From assembly GCF_009914755.1 (NCBI RefSeq), contig NC_060938.1: a DNA stretch of 64,000 nt; one strand, written 5' to 3'. Under the pieces are notes generated by a model. The model worked only from the letters and a program-made list of their open reading frames with translations. It was not told the origin of the DNA and did no database searches. The position numbers and the translations under genes are program-made. Position 1 is the stretch's first letter. Every line of letters starts with the position of its first letter. The DNA is from the human T2T-CHM13v2.0 reference genome, Homo sapiens. Positions 26,318-38,425 of this stretch are shown in pieces.

Positions 26318-28170
26318 AATTCTTCGGCCATAAACCTGGACCTCTCTAATTTTTGCTTTGCTCATCTCTCCTTCTCTAGACGGGGAGCCATCGGCTATGT
26401 ATCCCCAGTGCCAAGGAAAAGGAGCTCAATCTGTGTTTGTGGAGGAACAAATGAAAGAATGAATGCAAAGCAAAATGAATGGGATTATTTCTAAAGTTAA
26501 CTATAGTTAGAATTCTGGTTTATTATCTGACAAATTTGAAGGAACTTAGTACCTGCTAGACATCTAAACTGCCCACCCTCACCCCCAATAACAAGTTAGG
26601 ATTTTCGTAGTTGGAGATGTGCCTAGAGAAAAATAATGAGAAGCTCCCCTAGGCTGGGGCCTAGCCTCTTGGGCCTGTAGCAACTATTCCTGTAACTCAG
26701 TATTAGCTATAGAGCGGCAAGATTCAGTGTTGCTTAAAGTGGACAGGTGGGCAGGCATGGAATGAATGAATCTGGAATAGAGTGAGAAGCAGGCTTATGC
26801 ATCTGAGGCAGGCATTTCTACCATCTAAAACAATGGGGTGACTTTGCAGCTCTCCTTGGTGAAAAGAGCACTTCGTGGATGATACCCTTTTGTTCCCCCT
26901 CACTCCCTTTTTATTCACCCCTCTCCTGTCCTGCTTACCTTTTCTTTTTCCTGTTTCCTCTTCTTTATCCCCCCTATTCTTCATTATTTTTTTCCCTGAT
27001 AAACCCCACACAGTCCTTTCTTCATTTCTATTTATCGTTTAAGCTTGATGCAGCAATAATGTCTATTGTTTAAAGGGCTTTTCCCTCCCAGAGGGATGAG
27101 ATTGACCCTTATTTATTCAGAATGACTTGACTCAGGGCTGTTATAAAATGTGGGCTGCACAAAACTGCAAGGTGGCTGGTGCCTACCAGCTACCTAGATA
27201 AGTGGTATCTGGTTGAAGGGGAGGACAGGCCCCTAAGGCCTCTTTGAGCACATTGTCTAACCTGGAAGTCATCTCCTTTTGAACCACAATAAATGAGAAA
27301 TGGTCTTAGCAAGACAAAACAATGACTATAAAACCAGGTGGCTAAAATATGGCTGAGGAATGCAGAAGAGTGCACTGGTATATCAATCTCTAATTGGGGA
27401 AATGATTTGGCTGCAGCACAAAGGAGCCCCTCTCTGTCTAACATTGGGTTTGCCCCTTGAGCTTTCTGCAGGCGGAGATTGATGGTGGTGGCGTGATGGT
27501 CAAGGAATGTGTCCTCAGATGAGGCTGAGCAGAATTATTTCTTTGTAAATTTTCTTTTTCCCCTTTCTTCCTCCCTCCCTTCAGATATCTCACTTTCTCA
27601 CCTTTCTTTCACCTTCCTTCTTTTCTTGCCTGTGATCCTTTCAAACCACTTTAGTTTTTTTCTTATGTGGAGAACATGGTTGACCCATTCAATTTCTTTT
27701 CACTACAGAGTAGCGTTCCTGGGGGCTTTGATGGGACAATTGATATAATGAATCTTGACTTTGGTAGGACTGTTATTCTGTCTTCATAAAATGCTACTCA
27801 ATAAACCAGTCTCTAGATTATAGCTCTGTTAGGAGTGTTTATCACTGTTGAAAAGAAGCCTTATAAAAATTGTCATCTGTGGGTTATTGCTAACATTATA
27901 GATTATGAATCTCCATTTAAAAAAATAAACACTGATTTTTATAATTCTAAAATTAATATATATTTACTGTAGAAAATTTGGCACATGGAAGTTTATTAAT
28001 TCAACTTATTCTTTGGCCGACATTAACTGAGTACCTGAATACAAAACCTGTGGTGGTTCTACAAAACCCATTTCATGATAAACAAAAATAAATATAATTG
28101 AGCATAACTGTACCAAGCAGAAATGGTTATTATTAACATATCGGTATGCTTTATTCTATTATTTTGGGAA

Positions 28171-28312
28171 TGTGTATATATATATGTGTGTGTGTGTGTG
28201 TGTCTCTGTGTGTGTGTGTGTGTATTCTATTCTTGAATATATACTATTTGTGAATACATATATTCTATTCTATATATATATTATTTGGGAGATATATGTG
28301 TATATATATAAC
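28171..28312 (+). repeat. Compound (TA)n(TG)n microsatellite, probably within an old L1M relic
   Basis: tatatatatgtgtgtgtgtgtgtgtctctgtgtgtgtgtgtgtgta, then TA-rich low complexity. Confidence 0.85.
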
Positions 28313-28483
28313 ATGTTAATGTAATTTTATAAGTAATTATTCTAATTTTTCCAGTTCCTGTTTTTTTTCAAAAATTATCTCGTAGTTGCATAATTATACC
28401 ATAATTTCAATTCAGTGTTATATGATCTTTGTCTCAAATCATAAAATCTTGAAAAACGTGATTTTTAATGACTTCAAAGTAGC

Positions 28484-28998
28484 TATATTTGCCAGCTATT
28501 GCCTCAGTAATGCTGTGAACAAGCCACCCCACAACTTTGTGGCTTATAAGAAGCAGTATTTAATTTCTATACTTACAGATTTGTGGATAGGTTGAGGTGG
28601 CTCTGTTCCAAGCTGTGGAGGGCTGGAAATAGCTGCAAGTTTCAAGTTAGATTCATTAACTCCCTCATTACTACATTCCTTTTGGCTCCCTCATTACCAC
28701 ATTCTTTTTGGACCAGAGGCTACCCAGGGGATATTCTCCTATTAGCAAATGAAAGGAGTACAAGAAGGAGCATGCAAGTACTCAGTACCTCCTTAGACCT
28801 AAGTCTGCCTCTCATACATTGTCACTACTGTCCACATCCTCTGCATCAAGGCAAGTCATGTGGCCAAGCCCAACATAGGGTGGTTTAACACTATACCCAC
28901 TCTAGTGGAAGGGACTGCAAAGTCACAAGCAAAGGCTGTGGGTATATAATTCAGAAACAGGGGAGGTGCAACTAATTATGAACAATAAAACAGTCTAC
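28484..28998 (-). mobile_element. MLT1-family MaLR LTR
   Basis: cagctattgcctcagtaatgctgtgaacaagccacccc...gcaagtcatgtggccaagccca...gggactgcaaagtcaca. Confidence 0.78.
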
Positions 28999-30823
28999 TA
29001 TAGTAGACTACCTGATATTTTGTTATCACTAATGTCCATAGGTTGATCCAAGAAGACTAGTTTTTTATCCTTTCTGTTAAACTCTAATGTGCCCCAATAT
29101 TGATAAATGCCATGAGACCTTTTTCCAAACACATAGGCTTCAGAAGACATCAGAGTCTTCTCCACTGCCCATTTTCTGTTTGGTGGTTCTAATGTATCTT
29201 CCCATTGATACTTCAACTCATCATATCTCTAGGAGTTTTATTTCTTGCTTCACAGAAGTCTCTTAGACCAGGTAAGAAACTAGCTCTGATTTTAATGCAG
29301 AGAATGCTTATGACCATTATTTTAGATGGGCTTAAAACAGTGAAGCCTGAGACCTAAAAGGGCCAGTTCCAGAAAATCATTAGCTTCAAAATCTAGACAT
29401 GAGAGAAAAGTTAGATGGTTTGAGGATGGTTCTACAAAATATAATGGAGGGAGGCCAGAAAAGGTTAGTGGGATAAGGTTCTCAGACACTTGGATTCTCT
29501 AGGAGCAGTAAGGAATGAATTTAGTTTTTTGCTTTTTGGAAAATTTAGAATTACTGAAATTTGCTCAAGTCTGGGATTCTTTTTCTACTTGAGGTTTTCT
29601 CAGGGCTTTGAAGAATATGCACTGCATAGGGTTTTGGTATTCAGGCTTCATTATTTTTGGTTCCATTCTTTGTAACACCTGGGGTCCTGGTTCTCTGCTG
29701 ATGGGCCTCTTAATTTTGTTTATTTTGTGACTGAACCTCAGATTTTAGTTTGTATTTATTTTTTGAAATAATAATCTGGTTACTGAATTAGACACCAAGC
29801 TCATGGAAAGCTTGGACCATGCCTGCTGCACTATTTTCTGCCTCATGCCTGGGATATAGAACGTGCTCAACACATTGTTGTTGACGGTGATAGGTTCAGG
29901 GCACAGGTATCCTGTATCCTCAGTCTTTGCATCCAAAACTTGACAAATCCTTTTCTCACCCATATATTCTGCCTCTCATGCAAACCTTCTTACTTTAGAC
30001 TTATATTTTGTGTTTAACAGTCAAACATTTCCTCTAGGATGCCTAGTCTATGTAGCCATTTCAAAGATAATTTTCTAAGGAAGAAATGCGACCATCCAAG
30101 CAAAGTGTACTAATGTCAAGGAATCAGTGAGTGCTAGAAAAGCCAATTCAGAGTGGTCAGAGGTAACAAGGAGACTAACTAAATTGATTAGCTTTAATAA
30201 CTTGTATTGTCTCCCAGAGAGAAAATATTCCTGGCCAGAATTTTGTCAGGAGCTTGTTGCTCTAAGTCAACTATATTGCATGAGGACTCAGAGAGTAAGT
30301 GTGCAGGAAAGGAGAAATTTATTTGGGAAGATTTTGTAGTGGAAGGGATACTATGTAAGGCTAATATTACAGAATGTTAGCAGAAAGCCATCTGTTACCA
30401 CTGTGGTTTACTACCATTCAGAGAGTATTTATTGAGACCGTATTATATGACATGCACTATGATAAGAAGAAGGGGTACAAAGGCTAGCCTTCAAGGAGCT
30501 CAAGGTCACCCTAAGAATAACAGGTGGCTGCCTCCAGGAAGATGGATTGAACATGAAGTCTATTGAACAAAGACCCTGCTCTTACTGTTGCATGAATGAC
30601 CTTGTTTAAGATGCAAGATTGACTGTAGATGGCAGAGGAGGGGGAAAGAGAATAGGCCTAAATCTCAGTCAGAATAGAACTTCAATTTCTCCACTCTCGA
30701 ATGCAGTGAGCATAGTAAGACTTTTCTCTACTGAGGCAAAGAAACTTTGGCTACAGTTGAATCAGGGATTTAGTGTGAAAAACATGTAGGTTTAAAAGAG
30801 CCAAACACACGTATCTGCATCTG

Positions 30824-30825
<2 letters not shown>

Positions 30826-30867
<42 letters not shown>
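30826..30867 (+). repeat. Perfect (AC)21 microsatellite
   Basis: 42 nt of uninterrupted AC. Confidence 0.97.
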
Positions 30868-30873
<6 letters not shown>

Positions 30874-31039
30874 CATCTTACTAATTCCTATATTTCCCAT
30901 TACTTGAGAGATAACATAATGAATTTTGGATGCAAGATGAAAAGAAAGTCATTTTATCCAAAGGGATGTTATTTCAAAGACATACATAGATGAGCACTCC
31001 TGCATATCATGCTATTCTTCACAATGTCATTTTAAATGA

Positions 31040-31770
31040 TATTTACTCAAATATTAGTTAGTGATGACTAACTGCCAGATACCATGCTAGTCCTTGAGAG
31101 GTACAATGGTGGGCAAAATGTGATGCATCTTTGGCCTCATGGAGTTTATAGTCTAGTGACAGGAGAAAGACATTTACCAAGTAATCAACAACTAAACATG
31201 CAATTTCAAACTTTTGAACTTGAGAAGTATGGAGAGCCAGCCCTAGTTGAGGGGTGATCAGGGAAACAGCTCCAGAGGGAATGATGCTTGACTTGACATT
31301 TGAAGAATAAGAAGGTGTTACCAGACAAAGATGGATGCAGTCTTCTAGGCAGAAGGTTGTTACAAAGCCCAATAGGTAAAAAGAAGTATGGCAAGTTAGA
31401 GTTCAAGGAACAGAGGGTAAGTCAGGTTGGAGCACAGAAGGTGGAAGTGGGGAGGAGAGGGAAGAGGAGACAGGGCTTGGTCATGTCATCACCTACTGGT
31501 AGAGTATGATACTGATTTAGAATTTATCCTAAAAGTAATGGCAGACCCTTGAACAGCTATAAGCAGGAGAATAACATGACCAGATTTGCTTTTTTAAAGG
31601 TCATCTTGGCTGTAGGACAGTGAGTGGATTGGAGAAGCATAAGAATAGATGTTAAAATACTAGTTCTCCAGGAAAGAGTTGACAGTGGACTAAATTTGGA
31701 CTAGGGCATTGACCAGGGATGTGAAGGGAAGTCGGTGAATTTGAGATATTTATAGAAGATCCTATATTTG
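31040..31770 (-). mobile_element. L2 fragment
   Basis: ctcatggagtttatagtctagtg...tttagaatttatcctaaaagtaatgg...aagcaggagaataacatgaccagattt. Confidence 0.78.
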
Positions 31771-31782
31771 TAGCACTTGAGA

Positions 31783-32203
31783 TGTCAAAGAAAAACAAAT
31801 CAGGACTTAGTAAGAAGAGATTTTTATTCAAAACAATTCTTGTAAGAGAAAGAAAAGGACAATTGCAAAACGGAGAATGCTATAACAATAAAGTTTGCAA
31901 ACATCTCAATATCAAACAGAAACAAAAATGTTTTTCTTTCATAGGGTAAAGGAGGAGGCTAGCAGAGATAAGCAGAATCTTTGGGGTGGGAGGAAGCTGG
32001 ACAAACAAGGGGAAATAACCCCTGGAGTCTGACAGGACAGAGGGTCTTGCTGTCACCAGCTGATTCCCAGGAGAAGCTGGTAAGCAGGTACATGTTCCCC
32101 TTTTATGTGTGTGCTCAGACTTTGGGACAAGCAGTGTTCAGGAACCTGTAGAAATGACTGAAGTTTGGTTAAGGCAAAACAGAAGGATGAGCAATTGTGA
32201 ACA
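31783..32203 (-). mobile_element. Probable ERV1 (MER4-group) solo LTR
   Basis: TG...CA-bounded ~420 bp starting tgtcaaagaaaaac...gatttttattca (reverse poly(A) signal). Subfamily not assigned. Confidence 0.5.
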
Positions 32204-32879
32204 CTAGGTTAGAGAATGTAATTCACCATGACCTAAAAGATGACTTCAAAGGGATCAAGCAGGAGAGGTAGAATCTTCTCAGTGGATCAGTCAATTCTTA
32301 TCCTCTTCTCTCTAGGGGACAGTTGATATCTTTAATTCATATTAGGGGTTTGTTTTAGGGGTTTCAAAGTCTTCTCACATCCTTGAGTTCATTTACCTTC
32401 ACAAATTCAGAGAAGTCTGTTAGAATTGAAAGACCTAAGTTAGAAGTCAGTTTTCTAGTCTTGTTATTTTACATATGAGGAAAACACAGTCTAGAGAGGG
32501 AAATGTATCTAAGACATCCCCATTAGATGGAAAACTGTGACCAGCACCCAGGACTTCCAACATCCAGTCTGGGAATGATTCCTCCTTTATATGGCTGTTT
32601 CCTATCTGAGAATTCTCATGACATTCTCATGACACTTCAGTGTAGCACTGTAGATTCCTCCCATGGAGCAAACTAAGGTGCTTTCCACCCACCCTATCCC
32701 CTATACAGCTACACACATAGATATTTACTACACACATACACATAGATCCATGTATCTTGAATTCTGAAAGCTGCCAGATGTCAATTTGAAATTTAATTTA
32801 ATTGGTTCCTTGAGTTTTCGGTTCCCCATCATCCTGCTCCACCTTTCGCTTAGCGTGGCCATCCTGGAATTCAAGATGT

Positions 32880-33205
32880 AGTTAAAAGGCAAGATGGTGT
32901 GATGGATAGACTGTAGGTTTTGGTGGCAGGCAGAATTGGTTTGAAAGCCTAATAGCTACATCATCGAAGTGAAATTATTTAAGTTTTCTGAGCCTTATAT
33001 TTTTTTCACTCATAGGGCTGGATAATTGTAATTGTCTCACTTGATTCTTGCAACTATTAGGTGAGGGTATAATAATATTAGCCACCATTTTATTGGGCAT
33101 GTACTATGTGCCAGACATTGCACAACATGCTTAAAGGACATTGCCCCATTTAATCCTTATGCCATAACCTGATGAGGTGGGTAATATTAACCCTACTTTA
33201 AAATG
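32880..33205. mobile_element. Two adjacent MIR relics in opposite orientation
   Basis: + copy ggtgtgatggataga...tctgagcctta. - copy tactatgtgccagacattg...catttaatcctta. Confidence 0.55.
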
Positions 33206-33249
33206 CTTAAGAGTTCCCAACTCTAATAGTAATAAGGACTATTATTCCC

Positions 33250-33530
33250 ACAATCATTTATTTACACTTTTATTCATTCACTTATTATTATGAAGTGCCT
33301 ATTCTGTTTCAGGCATTCTTCTGGGTACTAGGGATACAGAGAATAAAAAACTGACAAAGCTTCTTGCCCCCATGCAACTAACAATCTAGTGAGGAGAAAT
33401 AAAAAATAAGCAGAATACAGTAAAATATATGTAGCTTATTAGATAAATGTTCAGGACAAAAATAAAATAGAGCAAGGGGATGGAGAAGAGCCAGGATATT
33501 GCTGTGTGTAGTGTAGGGAGGTCATGGATG
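33250..33530 (-). mobile_element. L2 3' fragment
   Basis: ttattcattcac...gtgcctattctgtttcaggcattcttctgggtactagggatacag. Confidence 0.7.
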
Positions 33531-35789
33531 TGACCATCGATTGAAAATATATTTTATCATTTCAGAAAAGACTTCCTGGTAGATTACATGAACTGTTAAG
33601 TTAATTTGCTTTTTGGGAAAATTTAGCACTTGGTATATCCTCTCATTCTTCCCTTTCCCCTTCCTCCTTCCCTTCCTCTCTTAATGCCTCACACATTTGT
33701 GATATTGGCTGTGTTAGTTGCTGAGAATGTAAAGAGGAATGTTTCTTTTATCTGCTTGTCTACCTACCGTTCTTCCTACTTAATCCCCTATTTGTTCCAC
33801 AAAGGATTAAGACACATACAAACAAATAGGAATGGTCCAGCCTTCTAATTCCTCTGCTCGGGCTGTGCCCATCTGCTGGGGGTGATTTGGGATTTGGAAG
33901 CTGAACTGTCCTATTGGTACCCAAAGGTACCAGTAGGGGTCCAAACACAGTTCCCAAGTGCACTATAGGAAATCCGGATAGAGTTGGCCCTAAGGCACCT
34001 TACCCTGCACCCCAAGATGAACACTAAAAATCTGTTCAGCTCATTAAGGGGCCTCCCAGCAGGGTGGCTCCAGTCTGTGATCTTTGCAGAGCAAAGTAAT
34101 GGGTGCCCTCATTACTGATGTAGTAGGCTCTTGACCCGTGAGCTGCAGCTGCACACAGACAGCTCTGCTGCCCAACACACTCTCATCCCAGTCCTCAGGT
34201 GGAGGAGGGATAGAGTTTACTGGGAAATGGCAAAAAAGGGGGGGAGGGGTAGAAATGGGAACATTTTCAAATTAATTTCAGAAATCCAGTCTTAGCTCTA
34301 AACGACAGCTGTGAGTTTAATCACTGAAACTCTCTTTCTATTCAAGAGCAGCATGTGTCTCCTGAGGAGGGGGAGCATTATCAAGCAGTTAAGTCGTTGG
34401 AAGCTGCTTAGGGGCTGGTAGGCAGTCTGCAGGGAAGGGGAGGATGGCTTCGCTTTTGGCAGTGACCTGGGTATAGTAGGTACTGCTTACCTGCTATCAT
34501 CTCATGCTATCTCCAGCAGTCCCTGAGGATTGCTCTGCTCTGTCTATCACTGCGCGGGGTGGGAGGTAACATCTTGTACAACGGAAGCCAATGGGGCCAA
34601 GAAAACCCATGCCTCAGCATCGGGCTAAAAAAGTTAATGGATTTCTTGATTTTAAGGGTTGGGGATTCAGGAGGGAATTTTCCTTTCCATCTGTTACCAC
34701 CACAGCAGTAACAGCAACTGCAACTACAACACACTCCACCAACTACAAGAGCTAATGCTTATGGAGCACTTCCTAACTCCCTAAACATTCACGTCTTCGT
34801 TCATTTATGATTTACTGAGCATCGACTATGTGCCATACATTGTGCTAAGCACTGGGAATAGAGCAGGAGCTAAGGCAGGTATCATCCTTCCCCTTAAGGA
34901 GCCAGCAGTTTAGTGGAAAAGACTAAATGGGCATCTGATGAACTCAAACCTGGTCCCCAAAGATGTCAGCTCACCCGTTCGAGGAATGAGTCTCAGCCTT
35001 GGTCCGTCACTTCCAGCCTAGGTGGGGGAATGTCAGCTGATATGAAAGCTTTACCCTCCCCTCCCATTTACCTCTCAGACCCCACCCTCAGGACAGTGGT
35101 ATCTGTCCGTGGCTCCCATCTGTGTGTCGCTGCCCATCACTTCAGAGGAACCAGAAGCACCTGCCAGAGAGCTTTATGTCATCAGCCATGGGAACTTCTT
35201 CCATGCTGTTTGTTGCACTGGCCTATTTTAGGGAAAACTCTACGCATGAAGAGGGAAGCTGAAAAGACACAGGGCAAAAAGAAATATTCCCCACCCCATT
35301 CTTTTTCCCCACTATGATTTTCTTCTTCTTTGTCTTTTGTTTTATCTATTTTATGATTTTGCTTTTCATTTTAACACTGTGGTGAGGGGTGGGGGGGTGC
35401 TTTAAAACCAGAGCCACAAGCAAACAGGAATTAGATCAGGGAAATAAGAAGGCAGATGGAAGAATGATTTTTGAGTAAAGCCCAGGCCCAGTGGAATCTG
35501 CCTTGACCATGTGGTGCTCGTGTGGGCCCACAGAAAAAAACCCAGAACATTGCAGTAGTAAAGTGAAAGCTCTGTGGACTGTGAATGCAGATTAGAATTA
35601 AAAGATGTGCTTACCACACTGTCTCTGTCTCTGTCCCAGAGCCTGCCTGTGAACGCCAAGCCTCCACTCTCTTCCCCAGATCCTATTCTCCGTCATAAGT
35701 TCTCCATCACACATTCTCACCTCTTCCATTTGAGTCTGGATTAACACAGTAGATGCTGCTCTTTTTTGTCATTTTTCCTCTACCATGAC

Positions 35790-36603
35790 CAAGAATAGTA
35801 GTTTAGGCAAATAAAGATACTTTCTTCCTACATATCAAGAAGTTCCAAGCGAGGCAGCCCAGAGCTGGTAACAGCCCAACAATGCCGCTATGGAATATAG
35901 TCCATATTTTGCTCCACCACACATAGCATGTTGGCTGCGATCCTCAGGTTTGTTACCTTATGGTTACAATATGGTTCCCACACATCCAGGCATCATAACC
36001 TCTTTACAGGCTGGAGGAAGAAGAAAGCACAAAGAACTTTGGTTGCCCTCCACAGAGCCTTGGGTACTCTTTCACAGACAACTCTTTATATCTTGTTTTA
36101 TTTTTTGAGACGGAGTTTCATTGTTGATGCGGCTGGAGTAAAATGGCGCGATCTTGGCTCACTGAAACCTCCGCCTCCCGGGTTCAAGCGATTCTCCTGC
36201 TTCAGCCTCCTGAGTAGCTGGGATTACAGGTGCCTGCCACCATGCCTGGGTATTTTTGTATTTTTTAGTAGAGATGGGGTTTCGCTATGTTGGCCAGGCT
36301 GCTCTCGAACCCCTGACCTCAGGTGATCCAAAGTGTTGGGATTGCAGGTGTGAGCCACCACATCCAGCCATCTCCTTGTATCTTATGTTCCCATCCCAAA
36401 ACCAATCACTGGAGGAAGGGATACAATTACCAGGCCTGGTGTGGACCAATCATGCTTCATCTTCTGATCTTCTGTGGGTGTGGTAGGGGCCTACTTTCTC
36501 TCAGAACAAGGGCTTTCTAACCCTACCTTAACAAACCAGGCTTCTGTGGTCAGAGCAGAAGGGGAAGCAATGTAGTTGATAAGCAATGAGCAATGGGTGC
36601 CAC
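35790..36603 (-). mobile_element. Old MLT1 (J/K/L-like) LTR split by an Alu
   Basis: aagaagttccaagcgaggcagcccagagctgg...cccaaaaccaatcactgg...aaaccaggcttctgt. Confidence 0.55.
36093..36369 (-). mobile_element. AluS element, antisense, with a small internal deletion
   Basis: tttgagacggagtttc...cctcaggtgatcc|aaagtg (lacks gcccgcctcggcctcc). Confidence 0.93.
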
Positions 36604-38109
36604 TTGCCTTTGAGGTCCTCCTTTTGCCTAGGTTGGGTGCCCTGGCATCTCTTAAGTTGGGGGTGGATGTGAGAGAGTTATCTCTTTATGCCAATATTAA
36701 TAATTTTGATGTTCAAAAGAAGCCCACATGCAGTTTCTGACATTATGTTCCACTTTTAAACTCTCAGAGCCCTAGTCTCTGAATTAGAATTCTAGTTTTA
36801 GAAGTTTTTCTGGGCTTGCTTTTCTATTAGAAACCATTTGGTTTTGTGGCCTTGTTTGAAGGCACCATTGCTCACTGGTTAAACTGACTCCATTTGCCTG
36901 AATGATTATCGCCTGATGTCTTGAGGCTTACAGACCCAGAGAAACCTTTATTCTTTTCTCGTAACAGTTAATAATAAAGCACTTGTTCCCTTGTCTCCTT
37001 TTTTTTTTTCTGCCACAGTATTTCTCAACCTACTATCTTTCCATCTTTTGTCAGCTAGTAGTAAAATTCTTCTAAAAGACACCCAAGTTCACCACTGTCC
37101 TCACTTTCAACATATAGTAGAGCACTTTAATTTGCAATTTTTTTCTTCTCTTTTCTTTTCTTTTTTTTTTTTTTTACACATTAGCCATTAACCCTGCACC
37201 ACTGCCCTCCACATCTTTGTCTTCTACATGAAACTTCTGTAAAAAATGTCTGTTAACACCTAGTGTTCTTCTCCTGGATAATGAGGACCAAAGAATAACC
37301 CAAGTTCTCTTTGCATGTTGGCTTGCAGGAAACTTAGAGTTGAAATACACAGCTCAATCTTATAAAATCTTATGCCCTAATTATCAGTGATAATTTTCTT
37401 CTCTGAGACAGTATCTTATATCTGAATTTATATTTTTTCTGGTTATGACTTTTTTTTCTTTTGGTTAGCTCTGATATTTTAATTTAATATGTTTTCAGTA
37501 AACATATAAAATCTTTTGTCAAATAAAACAATGTATTTAAAAGAAAATAGCTCTGTGCAGTGGGCTTTGCTGTTCTTATTTTACATGTTAGGATATTGGG
37601 GAAACTAAAAGTCAGAGGTGGCCAAGATGTTTTCCTATTAGGTACCTACTCTGGCTGATTGGCAAATTTCACCCTGGCATGTTAGGTAGAGAAACCTTGA
37701 GAATCTGCATCCCTCACTGGGATAGAGATGTAGTTATCAATTAGCAGTGACTGTTGTAGGTTTCATGGAAAGAGGAGAAGTGTGATATCTTTCAAGGACA
37801 CAATTTTCCTCCAGAAAATCCAGGAATCCTCATTTTATATCCATGCTGAAGGCTCCTAGAGTAGCATTCCTCCTCTTCCCTCCCTCTCCCTCTTTTTTTG
37901 CTGTAACAACACGTGGGGAGATATGATGGAAGCGAAGAACGAAGTGGACTCTTCAGCTCAATGGAAAGGCATCAACACTTCATTTGATTTGGAAGCCAAA
38001 GAAGCAAACTATGAAAACCTCACCAGCATTGCAAGGGAGTGATAGAAATATATAACTCACAAATCATTATAGCTTCTCAACGTCTCAGTTTTTAAATTTT
38101 TACTGTGTA

Positions 38110-38425
38110 TTTTTTTGTTTTGAATCACTTTATTGAGGTATGACTGGCATACAAAAAGCAGAACCTATTTAATGCATACAACTTGATGAGTTTGAGAAAA
38201 GTACGTACTCATGAAAAGCATATGTTCATGAAAGCATCACCACATATCTATCACGTCCCACCCTTTTATTTATTATTATTTTTGCAATAAGAACACTTAA
38301 GATATACTCTCTTAGCATATTTCTAAGTATACTGTACGGTATTGTTAACCAAAGGCCACTATCGTGTACAGTGGATCTCTAGGACTTATTCATCTTGTAT
38401 AACCAAAACTTGGTACCCTTGGACT
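38110..38425 (-). mobile_element. L1MA/L1MB 3' end fragment
   Basis: actttattgaggtatgact...tacaacttgatgagttt...gatctctaggacttattcatcttgtataac. Confidence 0.8.
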
